Source of the DNA: a bacterium
GTDB lineage: Bacteria > Margulisbacteria > WOR-1 > O2-12-FULL-45-9 > XYB2-FULL-48-7
DNA length: 62,465 nt
NCBI GenBank assembly: GCA_043812655.1
Contig: JBDRLW010000025.1
Span: 1 to 62,465, forward strand
Reading direction: 5' to 3'
Shown: positions 30,490-40,941 of the stretch, in pieces
Numbering within the stretch: position 1 is the first letter of the stretch
Layout: each line of letters opens with the position of its first letter
The notes under the pieces: model-generated
What the model saw: the letters and a program-made list of their open reading frames with translations, nothing else
The model's database searches: none
What the model was told of the DNA's origin: nothing
Position numbers and translations under genes: made by a program

Positions 30490-30517
30490 TGAAATTTCCC
30501 AGTAATTCTTTCGATAT
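30490..30517 (+). promoter_or_regulatory. Sigma-28-like promoter motif copy 5
   Basis: TGAAAT 30490-30495 and TTCGATAT 30510-30517, followed by ATATATGGAAGAG. Confidence 0.8.
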
Positions 30518-30556
30518 ATATATGGAAGAGTTATAGATAAAAAAGGGGAAATAAAA

Positions 30557-33500
30557 ATGAGCGGAATTGAAAAGGTTAATTCAAACGTCCAAACGGTCTC
30601 TGACGATAAATTGGCCAAAGGTTTGTTATACGTCGGTACCGGAGCGGTCGTAGCCGCCTTCGCGATCGAACTTTTACCGGCCGCCATTATTGTTTTATCG
30701 GTCAAAGCCTTGGCTGCCGCCCTGGCGGGAAGCGCTCTCATTACTACCACCGGTTGCGAGCAAACTATTTTCGCCGAAGAAGACCAATGCTCCAACAGCG
30801 GAGAACCGGTCAGCGCCAATTCTTCTAGGGAAGTTGTGACCCAGGAGATATATTCTTGCGATGAGCCAAACCAAACGATCCTAGTTAAAGTTGTCTCTCA
30901 AAGCTGCGCCAAAGATGGGAACAACTTAACCCTGGAAGCTTATGACACCAGCAACTACACCGGAACGGTCCAAAGAAAAAACAGTGATGACCCCAGCTGT
31001 ACGAAAGAGGATAACCGGCTCACCTGCTATTTTGAATTTCCAGTTGTCCCCGGCTCGGCAATAAACCGGTCCTTTGGCGCGACAGCTTATGGCAAAGCCC
31101 AAAACCCTAACGCCCCTTTCCCGGCTTTCCCGGGCGAAGCAAACGAACGGCCGTCTATTCCTATTTACGACGGCACCAACTCTATCCAAGTAAAAAAAAC
31201 TCAAACCCCTTGGCCCGGCCCGATCACCCTCGACGCGGTCGTGCCCGCGGGCTACAACACCCATGACGCCCGGATCGGCGACACGGTTAAACTGGTCGTT
31301 AATTTTAAGGACCAATTAGACGCTCTTGGCGTTAGCTACAAGTGGGAACATTCGCTGGCCGGCCAGACCGAGCTCCTTGATAATAACAGCGGCGAACTCA
31401 ACTATACTTTACAAGCCCTTGGCCGTCATACCTTCACGGTTTCTTACACGGATCCCAACGCCCTGGCGCTTTCGTGCCAACCAGAGCCGTACCAATCCCA
31501 AGCCGTAAACTCTGATTTTGAAGTGAGGGAAGAACCCAGCATCGCTTGCAGCTACAACTCTGTTAACAATACTTTCTACCCTGATCCAGACATCGCCAAT
31601 ATTACCAGGGGTTCAAGCCAAAGAATAAGCTGGAACATTCCCGATGTAACTAAATATTTGCCCACCACTTGCTTGACAACCGCAGGAACTTTCTCGATTA
31701 TTGATCACAATTTAGACGATTTTCTTTTTGATCCCTCATACCAAATATTAGGTGATTCATTATTGATCTCGGGCTTAATCCTGCCTAACACCAGCGCCAG
31801 TCCGATCGCCAACATCAAGCTCAACGATGGGGACCAGGATATGGATATCAAAGCGCAGCTAACAGCAGCCCTTGACCCCATTACTGTCAATCGGCCAGCC
31901 TATCCTCAGGTTGGCGTCAGTGCCGAGTTTGCGGCTTCATATGTTGCCGGCGCCCAAAACTATCATTTTGTGGTCAGCCAAAACGGCAATGACATCTGGT
32001 CCCAAGACAGCTCAACCAATTCCGTTAATTATATTCCGACAGCCACCGGCCCATACAAGATCAGGGTTGAGGTTACCGCTTACAATGGCGAGCTGATCAC
32101 CATCGGGCAGACCAGCACAGACTTTTTTGTCAACGAAGGGGCAGGCGGCGGCAGCCTGGCCGATTCTTTTAGGTTCCTGACAACCTACAGCCCCGATGGC
32201 GCGGTCACCAACTATCCCTTCAAAGTTAAATTAACACCGGCGACACCAGTCGCTTTCTCAATGATCGACGCGGACAGCCAGATTGAGTGGCAGATTTCCT
32301 TGGATGGCCGGATCTTATCAACCGACGAATTTAACGCGATCTGTTCAACCTCAACTACGGCCCCGACCGAACTCTCTTGTACCCCAACTGAAGAAGGGCA
32401 ATATGCCGTCCAAGCCACGGTAACCCATCCAACCAACCCAACAATAGAAACCGAGTTTATTAAGCTTGACCGGGTGGTCGGCTGGTGCGTCCCGGTCGAC
32501 CTGGCCATCGGCGGCTCGCTGGATTTCCAAGGAGGGACTAGCATTGCACATCCGATCGAAGTTCTCCCTGATCCCTACCGGCAAATTAACCAGGCCCTTG
32601 ATTACTCGCCAGCGCTCGCTTGCAAAGTCGAGGTCTTTAGGAATATTATGGTTAATGGCGTAACTATTACTGAAAATCTCTTTGAGACCACGGGTTATCC
32701 TGTCTCTACTCCTGGTTATCCCAACCTTGCCCAGGATTACGACAACTTTTATTGTCGGCCAGAGACCCCGCCGATCTTTTACCCGGTTATTTCTGAAGCC
32801 GAGGGAAAGAGGGTTTATCAACTGCGGATAACAACTATTAATGACAATTATGGTTATCAGCGGGTTGTCACCAAACCGGTCAATGTCTACTCGCCCATCA
32901 CCTCTGCTGATGCCCTTAATTTCCTTGTGATCGCCGCCGACAACGGCCAAGAACGGAACCCCTTCGTCCCGATCAGACTGCGGGCCAACAAGACCGCCGA
33001 CCATTATAGATGGGAGATCATTGGAAAAAATAACGGCCCATACGCCGGGCAGCAGCCAGCAGTAGATGCCCAGGAAGCTGGCTTGGAGTTCTTTGAGCTG
33101 GAAGCGGTAAATGGCCTTTACACTCCAGAAACAACCAATAATGAATATAAAGTCAAGCTGACCCTTTTAGACTCGGCCAATCCACCCCAACCGGTCGGCG
33201 AGCCGTATGAGACCGCTTTTAAAGTGTATCCTTTCCCCAAGCCGCCTTACGCGCTAAACATGAATAAGGGCGACTCGGTGCACGAAGGGGATGATTTCTT
33301 CCTTTTAACCGACCTTGGCCGGACTGCTGATGAAGATAAAAACGCGATCGTTGATTGGAAATTTTATGACACCGCCGACACCGCGGACGACGCGGAGCCG
33401 GCCCTGACGATCGCGCCAACTGACACCGCCAACAATAAAGTTATCAGGACCGAAGACCATCCTGGCCTAAAAGCTTTACCGGCTGGGATATACCGGGTCG

Positions 33501-34180
33501 TCCCCACTGTCACCGGCCAGCATAAATACACAAATGATCAAGGGGTTGAGGTTTTTACCCCTGCCTACGAGATCTCTAACCCTGAATACCTGACTATCTG
33601 GCCGGCAAATATGGTCGTCCCTTCTTCCGGTTTTTATTTGAACACCGCGGTTGGTTCTGGCCAAAGCTTTACCTGCGCCGCCAACAATATTGATAACGCG
33701 CAGTTTATCTATAACTGGGAATTTGATGATGGGACCAGTATTCCCGACAATCCAAATATTAGCGGCTTGAAGACTTTCAATGTCGCTCCCGGCCAAATTG
33801 CTTCCCATGCGGTCACGTTAACCGTTTGCCGGCGGGACAATCCGCTGGTCTGTTCCAACCGGACCACCCAAAATATTGTGGTGGTCGGCGCTGGACAACC
33901 AATTCCCAACGTCATCGTCACTCCAAATAATATGGGACCAGTCCCGCTAGCAGTCAACTTTAATACCACCGCCAGCCGGGGGGCTGATGGCGCGTCGATT
34001 ATAAGCGCGATGATCGATTTTGGCGACGGGACAACGCCTTACAGCGGCGACTCTTCGGCCGCTATTGGCCATACCTATAATTCGAGGGGGCACTTTACGG
34101 TCACGGTCCAAGTGACCGATTCCAACGGCACAGTTTCGACGCCAATCACGTACTTCATTGAAACCTGGGACACGGAGTAA
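30557..34180 (+). CDS. PKD/Ig-like multi-domain surface protein with delayed lipobox-like Cys67
   Basis: C-terminal PKD domains (YNWEFDDGT; GPVPLAVNF...IDFGDGT...HTYNSRGHFTVTVQVTDSNG). Long N-terminal hydrophobic region ending in TTTGC. Confidence 0.75.
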   Translation: MSGIEKVNSNVQTVSDDKLAKGLLYVGTGAVVAAFAIELLPAAIIVLSVKALAAALAGSALITTTGCEQTIFAEEDQCSNSGEPVSANSSREVVTQEIYSCDEPNQTILVKVVSQSCAKDGNNLTLEAYDTSNYTGTVQRKNSDDPSCTKEDNRLTCYFEFPVVPGSAINRSFGATAYGKAQNPNAPFPAFPGEANERPSIPIYDGTNSIQVKKTQTPWPGPITLDAVVPAGYNTHDARIGDTVKLVVNFKDQLDALGVSYKWEHSLAGQTELLDNNSGELNYTLQALGRHTFTVSYTDPNALALSCQPEPYQSQAVNSDFEVREEPSIACSYNSVNNTFYPDPDIANITRGSSQRISWNIPDVTKYLPTTCLTTAGTFSIIDHNLDDFLFDPSYQILGDSLLISGLILPNTSASPIANIKLNDGDQDMDIKAQLTAALDPITVNRPAYPQVGVSAEFAASYVAGAQNYHFVVSQNGNDIWSQDSSTNSVNYIPTATGPYKIRVEVTAYNGELITIGQTSTDFFVNEGAGGGSLADSFRFLTTYSPDGAVTNYPFKVKLTPATPVAFSMIDADSQIEWQISLDGRILSTDEFNAICSTSTTAPTELSCTPTEEGQYAVQATVTHPTNPTIETEFIKLDRVVGWCVPVDLAIGGSLDFQGGTSIAHPIEVLPDPYRQINQALDYSPALACKVEVFRNIMVNGVTITENLFETTGYPVSTPGYPNLAQDYDNFYCRPETPPIFYPVISEAEGKRVYQLRITTINDNYGYQRVVTKPVNVYSPITSADALNFLVIAADNGQERNPFVPIRLRANKTADHYRWEIIGKNNGPYAGQQPAVDAQEAGLEFFELEAVNGLYTPETTNNEYKVKLTLLDSANPPQPVGEPYETAFKVYPFPKPPYALNMNKGDSVHEGDDFFLLTDLGRTADEDKNAIVDWKFYDTADTADDAEPALTIAPTDTANNKVIRTEDHPGLKALPAGIYRVVPTVTGQHKYTNDQGVEVFTPAYEISNPEYLTIWPANMVVPSSGFYLNTAVGSGQSFTCAANNIDNAQFIYNWEFDDGTSIPDNPNISGLKTFNVAPGQIASHAVTLTVCRRDNPLVCSNRTTQNIVVVGAGQPIPNVIVTPNNMGPVPLAVNFNTTASRGADGASIISAMIDFGDGTTPYSGDSSAAIGHTYNSRGHFTVTVQVTDSNGTVSTPITYFIETWDTE

Positions 34181-34192
34181 ACCCAAATAAAG

Positions 34193-34220
34193 TGAAATTT
34201 TTTAAAACAGTGTCCGATAT
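34193..34220 (+). promoter_or_regulatory. Sigma-28-like promoter motif copy 6
   Basis: TGAAAT 34193-34198 and TCCGATAT 34213-34220. Confidence 0.75.
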
Positions 34221-34264
34221 AAAAGCGTCCGGGATAAAGTAGTCGTGATGGAGGAGAATCTATA

Positions 34265-35638
34265 ATGGTAAAAAGCGCAGGCCTTCAAAATTTTAATAAA
34301 GGCACACGAGCAGAAGCCTTAAAAATTAAAGCTAGGCAACTTCTGCAACGCGCGAGCTTAAAAACCGCTGGTTATGCCGCCGCGGTCGTCGCGCCAGTCG
34401 GTTTATTAGCCGGCGGACCCGTTGAAAGCTTTGTCGGTGGAGTTGGTTTGATCGCGGAAGGTTATTACTTGTATACACAGCTGAAAAAAGGCGCCGGCTC
34501 CCTGGCCTCCCAAGCCTATAGCATCCCGGTCGTCGACTTTAATAAAGAAAATGTGCCTGGCCAGCTAGTAAAGTTGAAGCTTGCGCTCGAAGCCATAAAC
34601 GATCCTAACTTCACCTTCCCAACAAGTGATGAACAGCTTAAGGCTCTTTTAACAAGTTTAACCGACAACTATTTTGCCCTCAACAACCACAAGGATAGGC
34701 CTAACCCCGCATATAATGATAATCGAGCAGATATTAATGCTTGTTTAATCTTAACCATCGATTTTCTGGCTGATAAATATTTAGCCCAAGCCGACCTTGC
34801 CGCCATTTCTGACAATATGGATGTATTACATAATATCCTTTTATATAATCGTGAGACGCTAGACAAGCTGGTTGAAAAATTAATAGACTCCAACATTTAT
34901 CCTCAAGAAAAAAACGCTTTACTGACTACCTATCCAATCTTGGGTAAGCTTCTGCGAGCCACAGAAATAGTCGCGGAAAATAAAATGACCCCAGGCTCAT
35001 TAGCAGAAGCCAGGCAGACACTAGAGGCATTAGAAAATAATACAGCGGCAAGGAACACCGCTACATCCTTGAAATTATTGGCTTTTGTGGCTGAACTTGA
35101 GAAATTATTGGCTCCCACTAAAGAAGCAATTGAAAATACTGATATTAACAGCCCGGATGGGAATAAAGTCTTGTCCGGCATCCTGGCAAGACTTAACGGC
35201 GATGACTATATACCAGCCGAAGACTCTTTCGTTATGGATGTTATCACCGCGCTGGAAGGAAAAAAGCCACAAATCGAGGCACTCCCAGATTCTGACCAAA
35301 AAACAGCGCTCTTAGATAGTATTAAGAAGTTTTTTGTGAAAACAATCTCCTTAAAGCCGCGACCAGAATACTTATTGGAAAGATTGAATGAAGCCGCCAA
35401 AAATGGCTGGAGCCCCATTATCTCAATTATTGATGAGGTTATATCCGGGCTCGCAGACGAAGCCATCAAACAACCTCTGCCCGAGGCTCCTATCCAAAAA
35501 AAGAAGATCTTTAAGTTTCTGACTGATAGAGAGTTGGAGTTGGAAGAGCTCGAAACCGAAAGAGAACTCCAAACAGATGAAGAGGCCGCTAGAAATAAAA
35601 TAATTGAGTTGAAAATCATTATCGGGGAGCGCTTATAA
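34265..35638 (+). CDS. Hypothetical helical protein with N-terminal hydrophobic hairpin
   Basis: 457-aa ORF with GGAGGAG SD. Basic N-terminus, then AGYAAAVVAPVGLLAGG..FVGGVGLIAEGYYLY. Confidence 0.7.
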   Translation: MVKSAGLQNFNKGTRAEALKIKARQLLQRASLKTAGYAAAVVAPVGLLAGGPVESFVGGVGLIAEGYYLYTQLKKGAGSLASQAYSIPVVDFNKENVPGQLVKLKLALEAINDPNFTFPTSDEQLKALLTSLTDNYFALNNHKDRPNPAYNDNRADINACLILTIDFLADKYLAQADLAAISDNMDVLHNILLYNRETLDKLVEKLIDSNIYPQEKNALLTTYPILGKLLRATEIVAENKMTPGSLAEARQTLEALENNTAARNTATSLKLLAFVAELEKLLAPTKEAIENTDINSPDGNKVLSGILARLNGDDYIPAEDSFVMDVITALEGKKPQIEALPDSDQKTALLDSIKKFFVKTISLKPRPEYLLERLNEAAKNGWSPIISIIDEVISGLADEAIKQPLPEAPIQKKKIFKFLTDRELELEELETERELQTDEEAARNKIIELKIIIGERL

Positions 35639-35643
35639 CCACC

Positions 35644-38316
35644 ATGTCACCCGTAAATATCATCACCCCAAAGCCTAGGATCAATGTGGTTTTTATTTCC
35701 GGCTCTGCTACCAGGGTCAACGATTTTATCGGCATGTTCAGAAAAACAACCGGCATCCCGACAATAAAAAGTTCGTTAACCCACATCAGCCGAGGTCTTT
35801 TTACCAAAGAGCATGGCCTTTCAGTCCTTTGTGACCTGAAAAAGATAGTTGATAATATTAGAAATCATTCCAACGACAAGATCCGGAGTGTCGTATTAAT
35901 GGATGTCTATCGCTCTGCCCAAGTAAAATTAAACGAAACCATTTTAGCCGCGCTTGAAGAAGTGCCGGCAAATCCAACGGGCGAGGAATTAGATTCCGTC
36001 AAATATCTTGCCGGCTTAAAGAACCCCGAGGACCAAGAGCTTTGTGACGCGGCAAAAAAAATATTGAATCCGGGCGCCAGTACCGCGGCTAATACAAAAT
36101 CATCAGATCTGACATTAGTACAAGAAGAGATAAACAGAATCTTGGCTGCTAAACCACCGGTTGATGAACCCACAGTCTCAAATTATCGCGCCTTGTCTAA
36201 TTTATATGACCGAGTCAAAGAGATTTTATCGACTCATAGCGGTTATCTGGGCAGTAAACTTTTTGACCTACAATCAAACATTGCCCGGGTAATGAAAAGA
36301 ATTGTTAATTCAGGCAAACTCCCGTCAGAAGCCTTAATACTTCACCCATTAGAAGTTGGGAATAAACGGTACCAGATCACTGAATATATTGCCAGCGGTG
36401 GTTTTGGCACAGTAGTCATAGCCGAGGAGATAGATGATACAGATAAACCCATTGCCGGTAAAGAACCTGTCGCCATAAAATTCTTAAAATCAACAGCCGA
36501 AGAAATGTTGCCGGGTATTGGGAACCGGTTTGCCGCTGAGTCTGAAATAATGGTAAATTCCAACCATCCTAACATTGCCAAAGGATTTGGGATCGGCGTT
36601 TATAAAGAAACTGGCAGAAAAGACCAGGCTTTTTTGGTAATGGAATATATAAAGGCCTCTCCCAAAAGCGATCTTTTTAGTTTAAGTAACGACCGAAAAC
36701 TCGCGCTGGCGAAAAAAGCTGTCGCTGGTTTTAGCGCCCTTTGGGCTAAAGGCGTGATCCACCGCGACATCAAACTTGATAATGTCTTAGTTACCTTGGG
36801 AGCAAAACCAGAAGATGATATCGTAAAAATCACTGATCTCGGTATCGCGAAAAACCTAGCCGAGCTTTCTGATCCCGAAAAAAGGGAGGCTCAAACTCAG
36901 ACAGGCGTAATCTTGGGAACAATTCCTTATTTAGCGCCAGAACTATTATTGATCATTAATACAGACCATAATAAGAGGGTTGATTTACTTCGCGCCGCGG
37001 ACGCGAAAACAGACATTTTTGCTTTTGGGATTATGCTGTTCAACCTCTATACCGGAGCTTTACCGGATGAAAGAAAGCTCGATGCCAAACAATGGGTAAT
37101 GTTAAGTTATGCCAATGGCAATAACACTAATTCTTTCACCCTTAAATACGATCCAAGAGTGCCAATGGAGATCTGGCCGATCATTTTAAAATGTACCGCG
37201 CATGCCCCGGAGCATAGGTACCAAAGTGGCAGTGAGCTGATGGCGGCCTTAGAGTCGGCCAGCGCGCATCAAATGCCGGTTATGTCAACCAATGATACCG
37301 TCTCAGCAATGATTTCGATCGATCCGTCGATCTTAGCCGCCCAAAACATCGGCGGGCAAGCCGCTTTAATAAAACTGCTTGAACTTGATGTCGCCGCGGC
37401 ATACCCGCTTGACACAATCAGCAGAACACCGGAAATAATAGAGCAAGCAAGATCAACAAAAGGTGCTATCTTAGCTGTTATTGCTAGTTTGGAAAAGTTT
37501 GACCCCAACAATAGCCAAATGTCTGTTTTAAGGGAAAAAATTAATCATCTTGATAGTTTTGTTAATCTTTCCATGATCCCTGAATGTCTTGATGTTGAGC
37601 AGCTTGATGAACCAACCGGACAGTCAGACAATAACCCCTCCCTCCCCCCCATGCCAGCCGCAGGAGAACCAATAGAGGGTAATTCTGTTCAAGAGCAATT
37701 TGCCGGATTAGGCCCTAGCGAATGGCCTAAATTTTCTGACCTGCCAGCTCCTCCCCCCCCGGGAAGAGAAACAAACACCCCACCCGTTGATAAACAAGAG
37801 GACTCGTTACGAGGACCCTCTGCTTTTCCGCGCCCAGTTGGGCCAAAAGTTGCTGACATAACAAGTGAATCAGTTGTCGAAGGTGATATTATTGTAATTG
37901 AAGAGGTCCCTGCCCCAGCTGGTCGAGACAGTTTGGGAACATATCAAGCGACCATCGCTAATTTGCAACAAGCTTTAACAGCTAAAACCCGCGAACTCGC
38001 CGAACTGCAAGCCCAATTCGAAGCCCTGGCCAATACTTTAAACCAGCCAAAACCTGTTGACCCTTTAAATAAAATAATGGCCGACCTGTTCCAACAAATT
38101 ACCGCCCAAAAGCCAGATTTATCTGACCGGCAGACAGCGCTTGATTCACTCTTTCCCGCCCTTTATGCTTTAGTTAACGGCGACACAAAACCAGAAAATG
38201 TTAAAAAAGCTAACCGCCTGGCGTTAGAGACCTTCAACGCTCATGCTAGCGACAGTGATATTGAAGATCTAACCGGTCAAGTATTCAGCAAGGTCGCCAA
38301 ACTTAAAAACAGTTAA
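35644..38316 (+). CDS. Hanks-type Ser/Thr protein kinase, soluble, with Pro-rich and coiled-coil C-terminus
   Basis: IASGGFGTV, VAIK, HPNI, HRDIKLDN, KITDLGIA, GTIPYLAPE, DIFAFG and PEHRY. No TM segment after the kinase domain. Confidence 0.92.
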   Translation: MSPVNIITPKPRINVVFISGSATRVNDFIGMFRKTTGIPTIKSSLTHISRGLFTKEHGLSVLCDLKKIVDNIRNHSNDKIRSVVLMDVYRSAQVKLNETILAALEEVPANPTGEELDSVKYLAGLKNPEDQELCDAAKKILNPGASTAANTKSSDLTLVQEEINRILAAKPPVDEPTVSNYRALSNLYDRVKEILSTHSGYLGSKLFDLQSNIARVMKRIVNSGKLPSEALILHPLEVGNKRYQITEYIASGGFGTVVIAEEIDDTDKPIAGKEPVAIKFLKSTAEEMLPGIGNRFAAESEIMVNSNHPNIAKGFGIGVYKETGRKDQAFLVMEYIKASPKSDLFSLSNDRKLALAKKAVAGFSALWAKGVIHRDIKLDNVLVTLGAKPEDDIVKITDLGIAKNLAELSDPEKREAQTQTGVILGTIPYLAPELLLIINTDHNKRVDLLRAADAKTDIFAFGIMLFNLYTGALPDERKLDAKQWVMLSYANGNNTNSFTLKYDPRVPMEIWPIILKCTAHAPEHRYQSGSELMAALESASAHQMPVMSTNDTVSAMISIDPSILAAQNIGGQAALIKLLELDVAAAYPLDTISRTPEIIEQARSTKGAILAVIASLEKFDPNNSQMSVLREKINHLDSFVNLSMIPECLDVEQLDEPTGQSDNNPSLPPMPAAGEPIEGNSVQEQFAGLGPSEWPKFSDLPAPPPPGRETNTPPVDKQEDSLRGPSAFPRPVGPKVADITSESVVEGDIIVIEEVPAPAGRDSLGTYQATIANLQQALTAKTRELAELQAQFEALANTLNQPKPVDPLNKIMADLFQQITAQKPDLSDRQTALDSLFPALYALVNGDTKPENVKKANRLALETFNAHASDSDIEDLTGQVFSKVAKLKNS

Positions 38317-38333
38317 TTAAAGGAGAGAAATGA

Positions 38334-39887
38334 ATGGCAACGGTAAAGTTTAATAAATTAAGCGTGGCAACAATAAATATGATGGGAAGTAAAACCAGGC
38401 TTAAGGCTTCCAATAAAAAAACCTTAACCGCCTTATCCTCCAGGGTCCTAGTCCCAATCGCAAGCAACAAAGCAGCTGTCGATAAAACAATAAAAACGGC
38501 TGCAATTAAACTATTAGGAGAAATAAACGAACAGCTTGACGATCCCAATTTACCGGCCGAACTGTCCTTAGAAACTCAAGATAGCGGCGTCTGGGCCAAT
38601 GGAAGCGAAAACCAGCATAGATCCGATCCTCCCTCTTTTTTATTTAACCTGGCCGGCCTTACCCCAGCCCAAGCCGGTTGGCAAAAGATACTTGAAGTTT
38701 TTGGTCAACGAGAACAAGATGACGAGGCAATTAATGATGTATTTAGATATATACAATATATGATTGCTAACCCAAATTTTTTTCCTCCATTTATTGAAGC
38801 GGTTGAAAAAGGATTAGTTGGTGATTCACTGCTTCAGCAATATCATCAGCTGGTTAAATATTTTTCTGCTAATTCAGAAGGCGTTCCACTTGAAGTCTTG
38901 AAATATTTAAACACAGGGATCAAACCACTGGCCGACACCGCTCGCGAAACCGTCAGGTTAGACGTTGTTTCAGAGCAAACAGCGGTAGAGACAAAAGCCC
39001 AGATGGCCTGGACCCAGATCATCACTGATTTTGAAAATGGCCGCCACCAAAAAGCAATTGATAGGATACGTGAATTATTAAATGAAAATAATGGTGATGT
39101 TCTTTATTATCCCCCGTTCCCGACCGCGCTTGAAAAGGGATTAGTTCAACAAGATTTGGCACCGAGATACAACAAGATGGTTGATTATTTTCGAAGCAAT
39201 CAGGCCGGTATTCCAAATGAAGTTCTGGCTTTTCTTGGCATTGACAATGCCTCACTGCCGCCGCTTGAACCGATCTCTATTATACCAGACGAACCAACAG
39301 CCTTAGAACCAACCAGAGTGGTAACAACTGGGACTATTATCCCTGATTCGCGCTCCTCTTCCCTGGCTGACCAATTAAAGAGCCAAGCCGAACAAACAAG
39401 GGCCGCGTTAGGCGCCACCTTAAAAACAGCCGAAGCTGATTTAGCCGGACTCAAAGCCAGCTTGGAGGCAACCCGGAAAGACCTGCAAAAGTTTAATGAA
39501 GGCATATTATCTTTGATCCAACAATTGGAATCAGAGCAAGCTCGGACAGAAGAAGAAAACCAACATTTTTCCCCTGAAAAAACCGGCGCCACCCTGCGAT
39601 CGACCACAGAATGTTTATATAATAATGAAAGCGTGCCGCCCAATCTGGCTGATTCACTCTTGCCTAGCCTCTCCGCCGACCCTCGCCTGGCCGCGATAAA
39701 CCGCCGCAACAACCGGTGGAACTGGACGGTTGCTAATATTGGATCAGAAATTGAAGAGTTGAAGACCGATGCCGCCGCCTGGCAAGCCGGCAGGCAAGAA
39801 AAAATAGCCCTTTTATCCGAAGCGATTGCCAAGCAACAAGCCTTGGTCGACAACCTAAATATGACCATAAAAGCTCTATTAGCCTAA
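38334..39887 (+). CDS. Hypothetical protein with tandem ~85-aa duplicated helical domain and C-terminal coiled coil
   Basis: AAGGAG SD. The repeat AQxxWxxI...PPF..A.EKGLV...Y...V.YF..N..G.P.EVL..L occurs twice, 110 aa apart. Confidence 0.7.
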   Translation: MATVKFNKLSVATINMMGSKTRLKASNKKTLTALSSRVLVPIASNKAAVDKTIKTAAIKLLGEINEQLDDPNLPAELSLETQDSGVWANGSENQHRSDPPSFLFNLAGLTPAQAGWQKILEVFGQREQDDEAINDVFRYIQYMIANPNFFPPFIEAVEKGLVGDSLLQQYHQLVKYFSANSEGVPLEVLKYLNTGIKPLADTARETVRLDVVSEQTAVETKAQMAWTQIITDFENGRHQKAIDRIRELLNENNGDVLYYPPFPTALEKGLVQQDLAPRYNKMVDYFRSNQAGIPNEVLAFLGIDNASLPPLEPISIIPDEPTALEPTRVVTTGTIIPDSRSSSLADQLKSQAEQTRAALGATLKTAEADLAGLKASLEATRKDLQKFNEGILSLIQQLESEQARTEEENQHFSPEKTGATLRSTTECLYNNESVPPNLADSLLPSLSADPRLAAINRRNNRWNWTVANIGSEIEELKTDAAAWQAGRQEKIALLSEAIAKQQALVDNLNMTIKALLA

Positions 39888-39900
39888 CTTAAAAATAGGC

Positions 39901-39928
39901 TGAAATTAATTGCTGGACTTGACGATAT
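39901..39928 (+). promoter_or_regulatory. Sigma-28-like promoter motif copy 7
   Basis: TGAAAT 39901-39906 and GACGATAT 39921-39928. Confidence 0.8.
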
Positions 39929-39948
39929 ATATACGGAGGGAATGAATA

Positions 39949-40941
39949 ATGACAAATGTCCAATTCTTCGACAGAGCTCAGAATAAATTTCCAATGTCCA
40001 ATGAAGGTGCGCCTGCGGCGCGTAATTCAAAATTAGCCGACAGCTTACTTGTCGTCGGTACAGGCGCGATAGCCTTGGCTTTAGCCATTCAATTTTTACC
40101 GGCCGCCGCGGTTGTGGCTGTTGGCCTGGTCGTTTTAGGCTCTGCCGGCTGTCCCGCGATCGATCTCAATAAAAAAACTGAAGATGAACAACCCTGCGCC
40201 GATGGCGGCTGGAAAGTCAGCACCCCCGCCGGCCCCGAATGCAGCGGCAATCTCCCTCTGCCCGGCAACGGCTTAATTAATTTCCCCTGCGGAGCAGCCA
40301 GGGAAAATTCCTGTTCCGGCCGGATCGTCGCCATTTATCCTATCAAACAACAAAACATCCCTGTCCTGCAAGATGAATTAGAGGGCGGATTGGAACAAAA
40401 AGCGTTCACCTTGGGCGGCAATGACGGCGGTTTGATCACCTGGGGTTGTAATGATACCGTCGCCGACCCGGAAAATAATTATTACTTTGGTCTTATTAGC
40501 GATAACCGCGTCATCACCTACCAGCGGCCCGAAGGCGACGGCGGTTTTACGACCCAAAGCATCAACCTTGAGGTTTGCGCCGACGGCGTTATCCCGCTGT
40601 CACTTAATTCTAACGGCTCATTAATGCGCCCTTCAGCCGACCCAGAAAATCGCCGGCCGGCCACGTTAACTTCTTTTCACCTTTTCCCGGGCACAACCAT
40701 CCCCGACGGCGGGGCGCTCACGCCAAACTTTAACCTGGGCGACATGAGCCCTGTTTGCGATCCATTATCGAGCGAGCATGGCCAGGCCGGACTCCCCTTT
40801 ATCTACCCGGTCCCAGCCGAGGCCTTCAACGGCAACCATCTCTGCTTTAGCACCAAAGCCGTAGCAACTTTCCCAGTGGAAGGAATAATAGACAAATTTA
40901 GCTATCGCCCTGTCATGATGGTACTTGAGGAGACAAAATGA
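39949..40941 (+). CDS. Cys-rich hypothetical lipoprotein-like protein with delayed lipobox-like Cys68
   Basis: Leader homologous to that of CDS 30557 (KLA..LL.VGTGA...A.AI..LPAA), ending in GSAGC. Confidence 0.7.
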   Translation: MTNVQFFDRAQNKFPMSNEGAPAARNSKLADSLLVVGTGAIALALAIQFLPAAAVVAVGLVVLGSAGCPAIDLNKKTEDEQPCADGGWKVSTPAGPECSGNLPLPGNGLINFPCGAARENSCSGRIVAIYPIKQQNIPVLQDELEGGLEQKAFTLGGNDGGLITWGCNDTVADPENNYYFGLISDNRVITYQRPEGDGGFTTQSINLEVCADGVIPLSLNSNGSLMRPSADPENRRPATLTSFHLFPGTTIPDGGALTPNFNLGDMSPVCDPLSSEHGQAGLPFIYPVPAEAFNGNHLCFSTKAVATFPVEGIIDKFSYRPVMMVLEETK

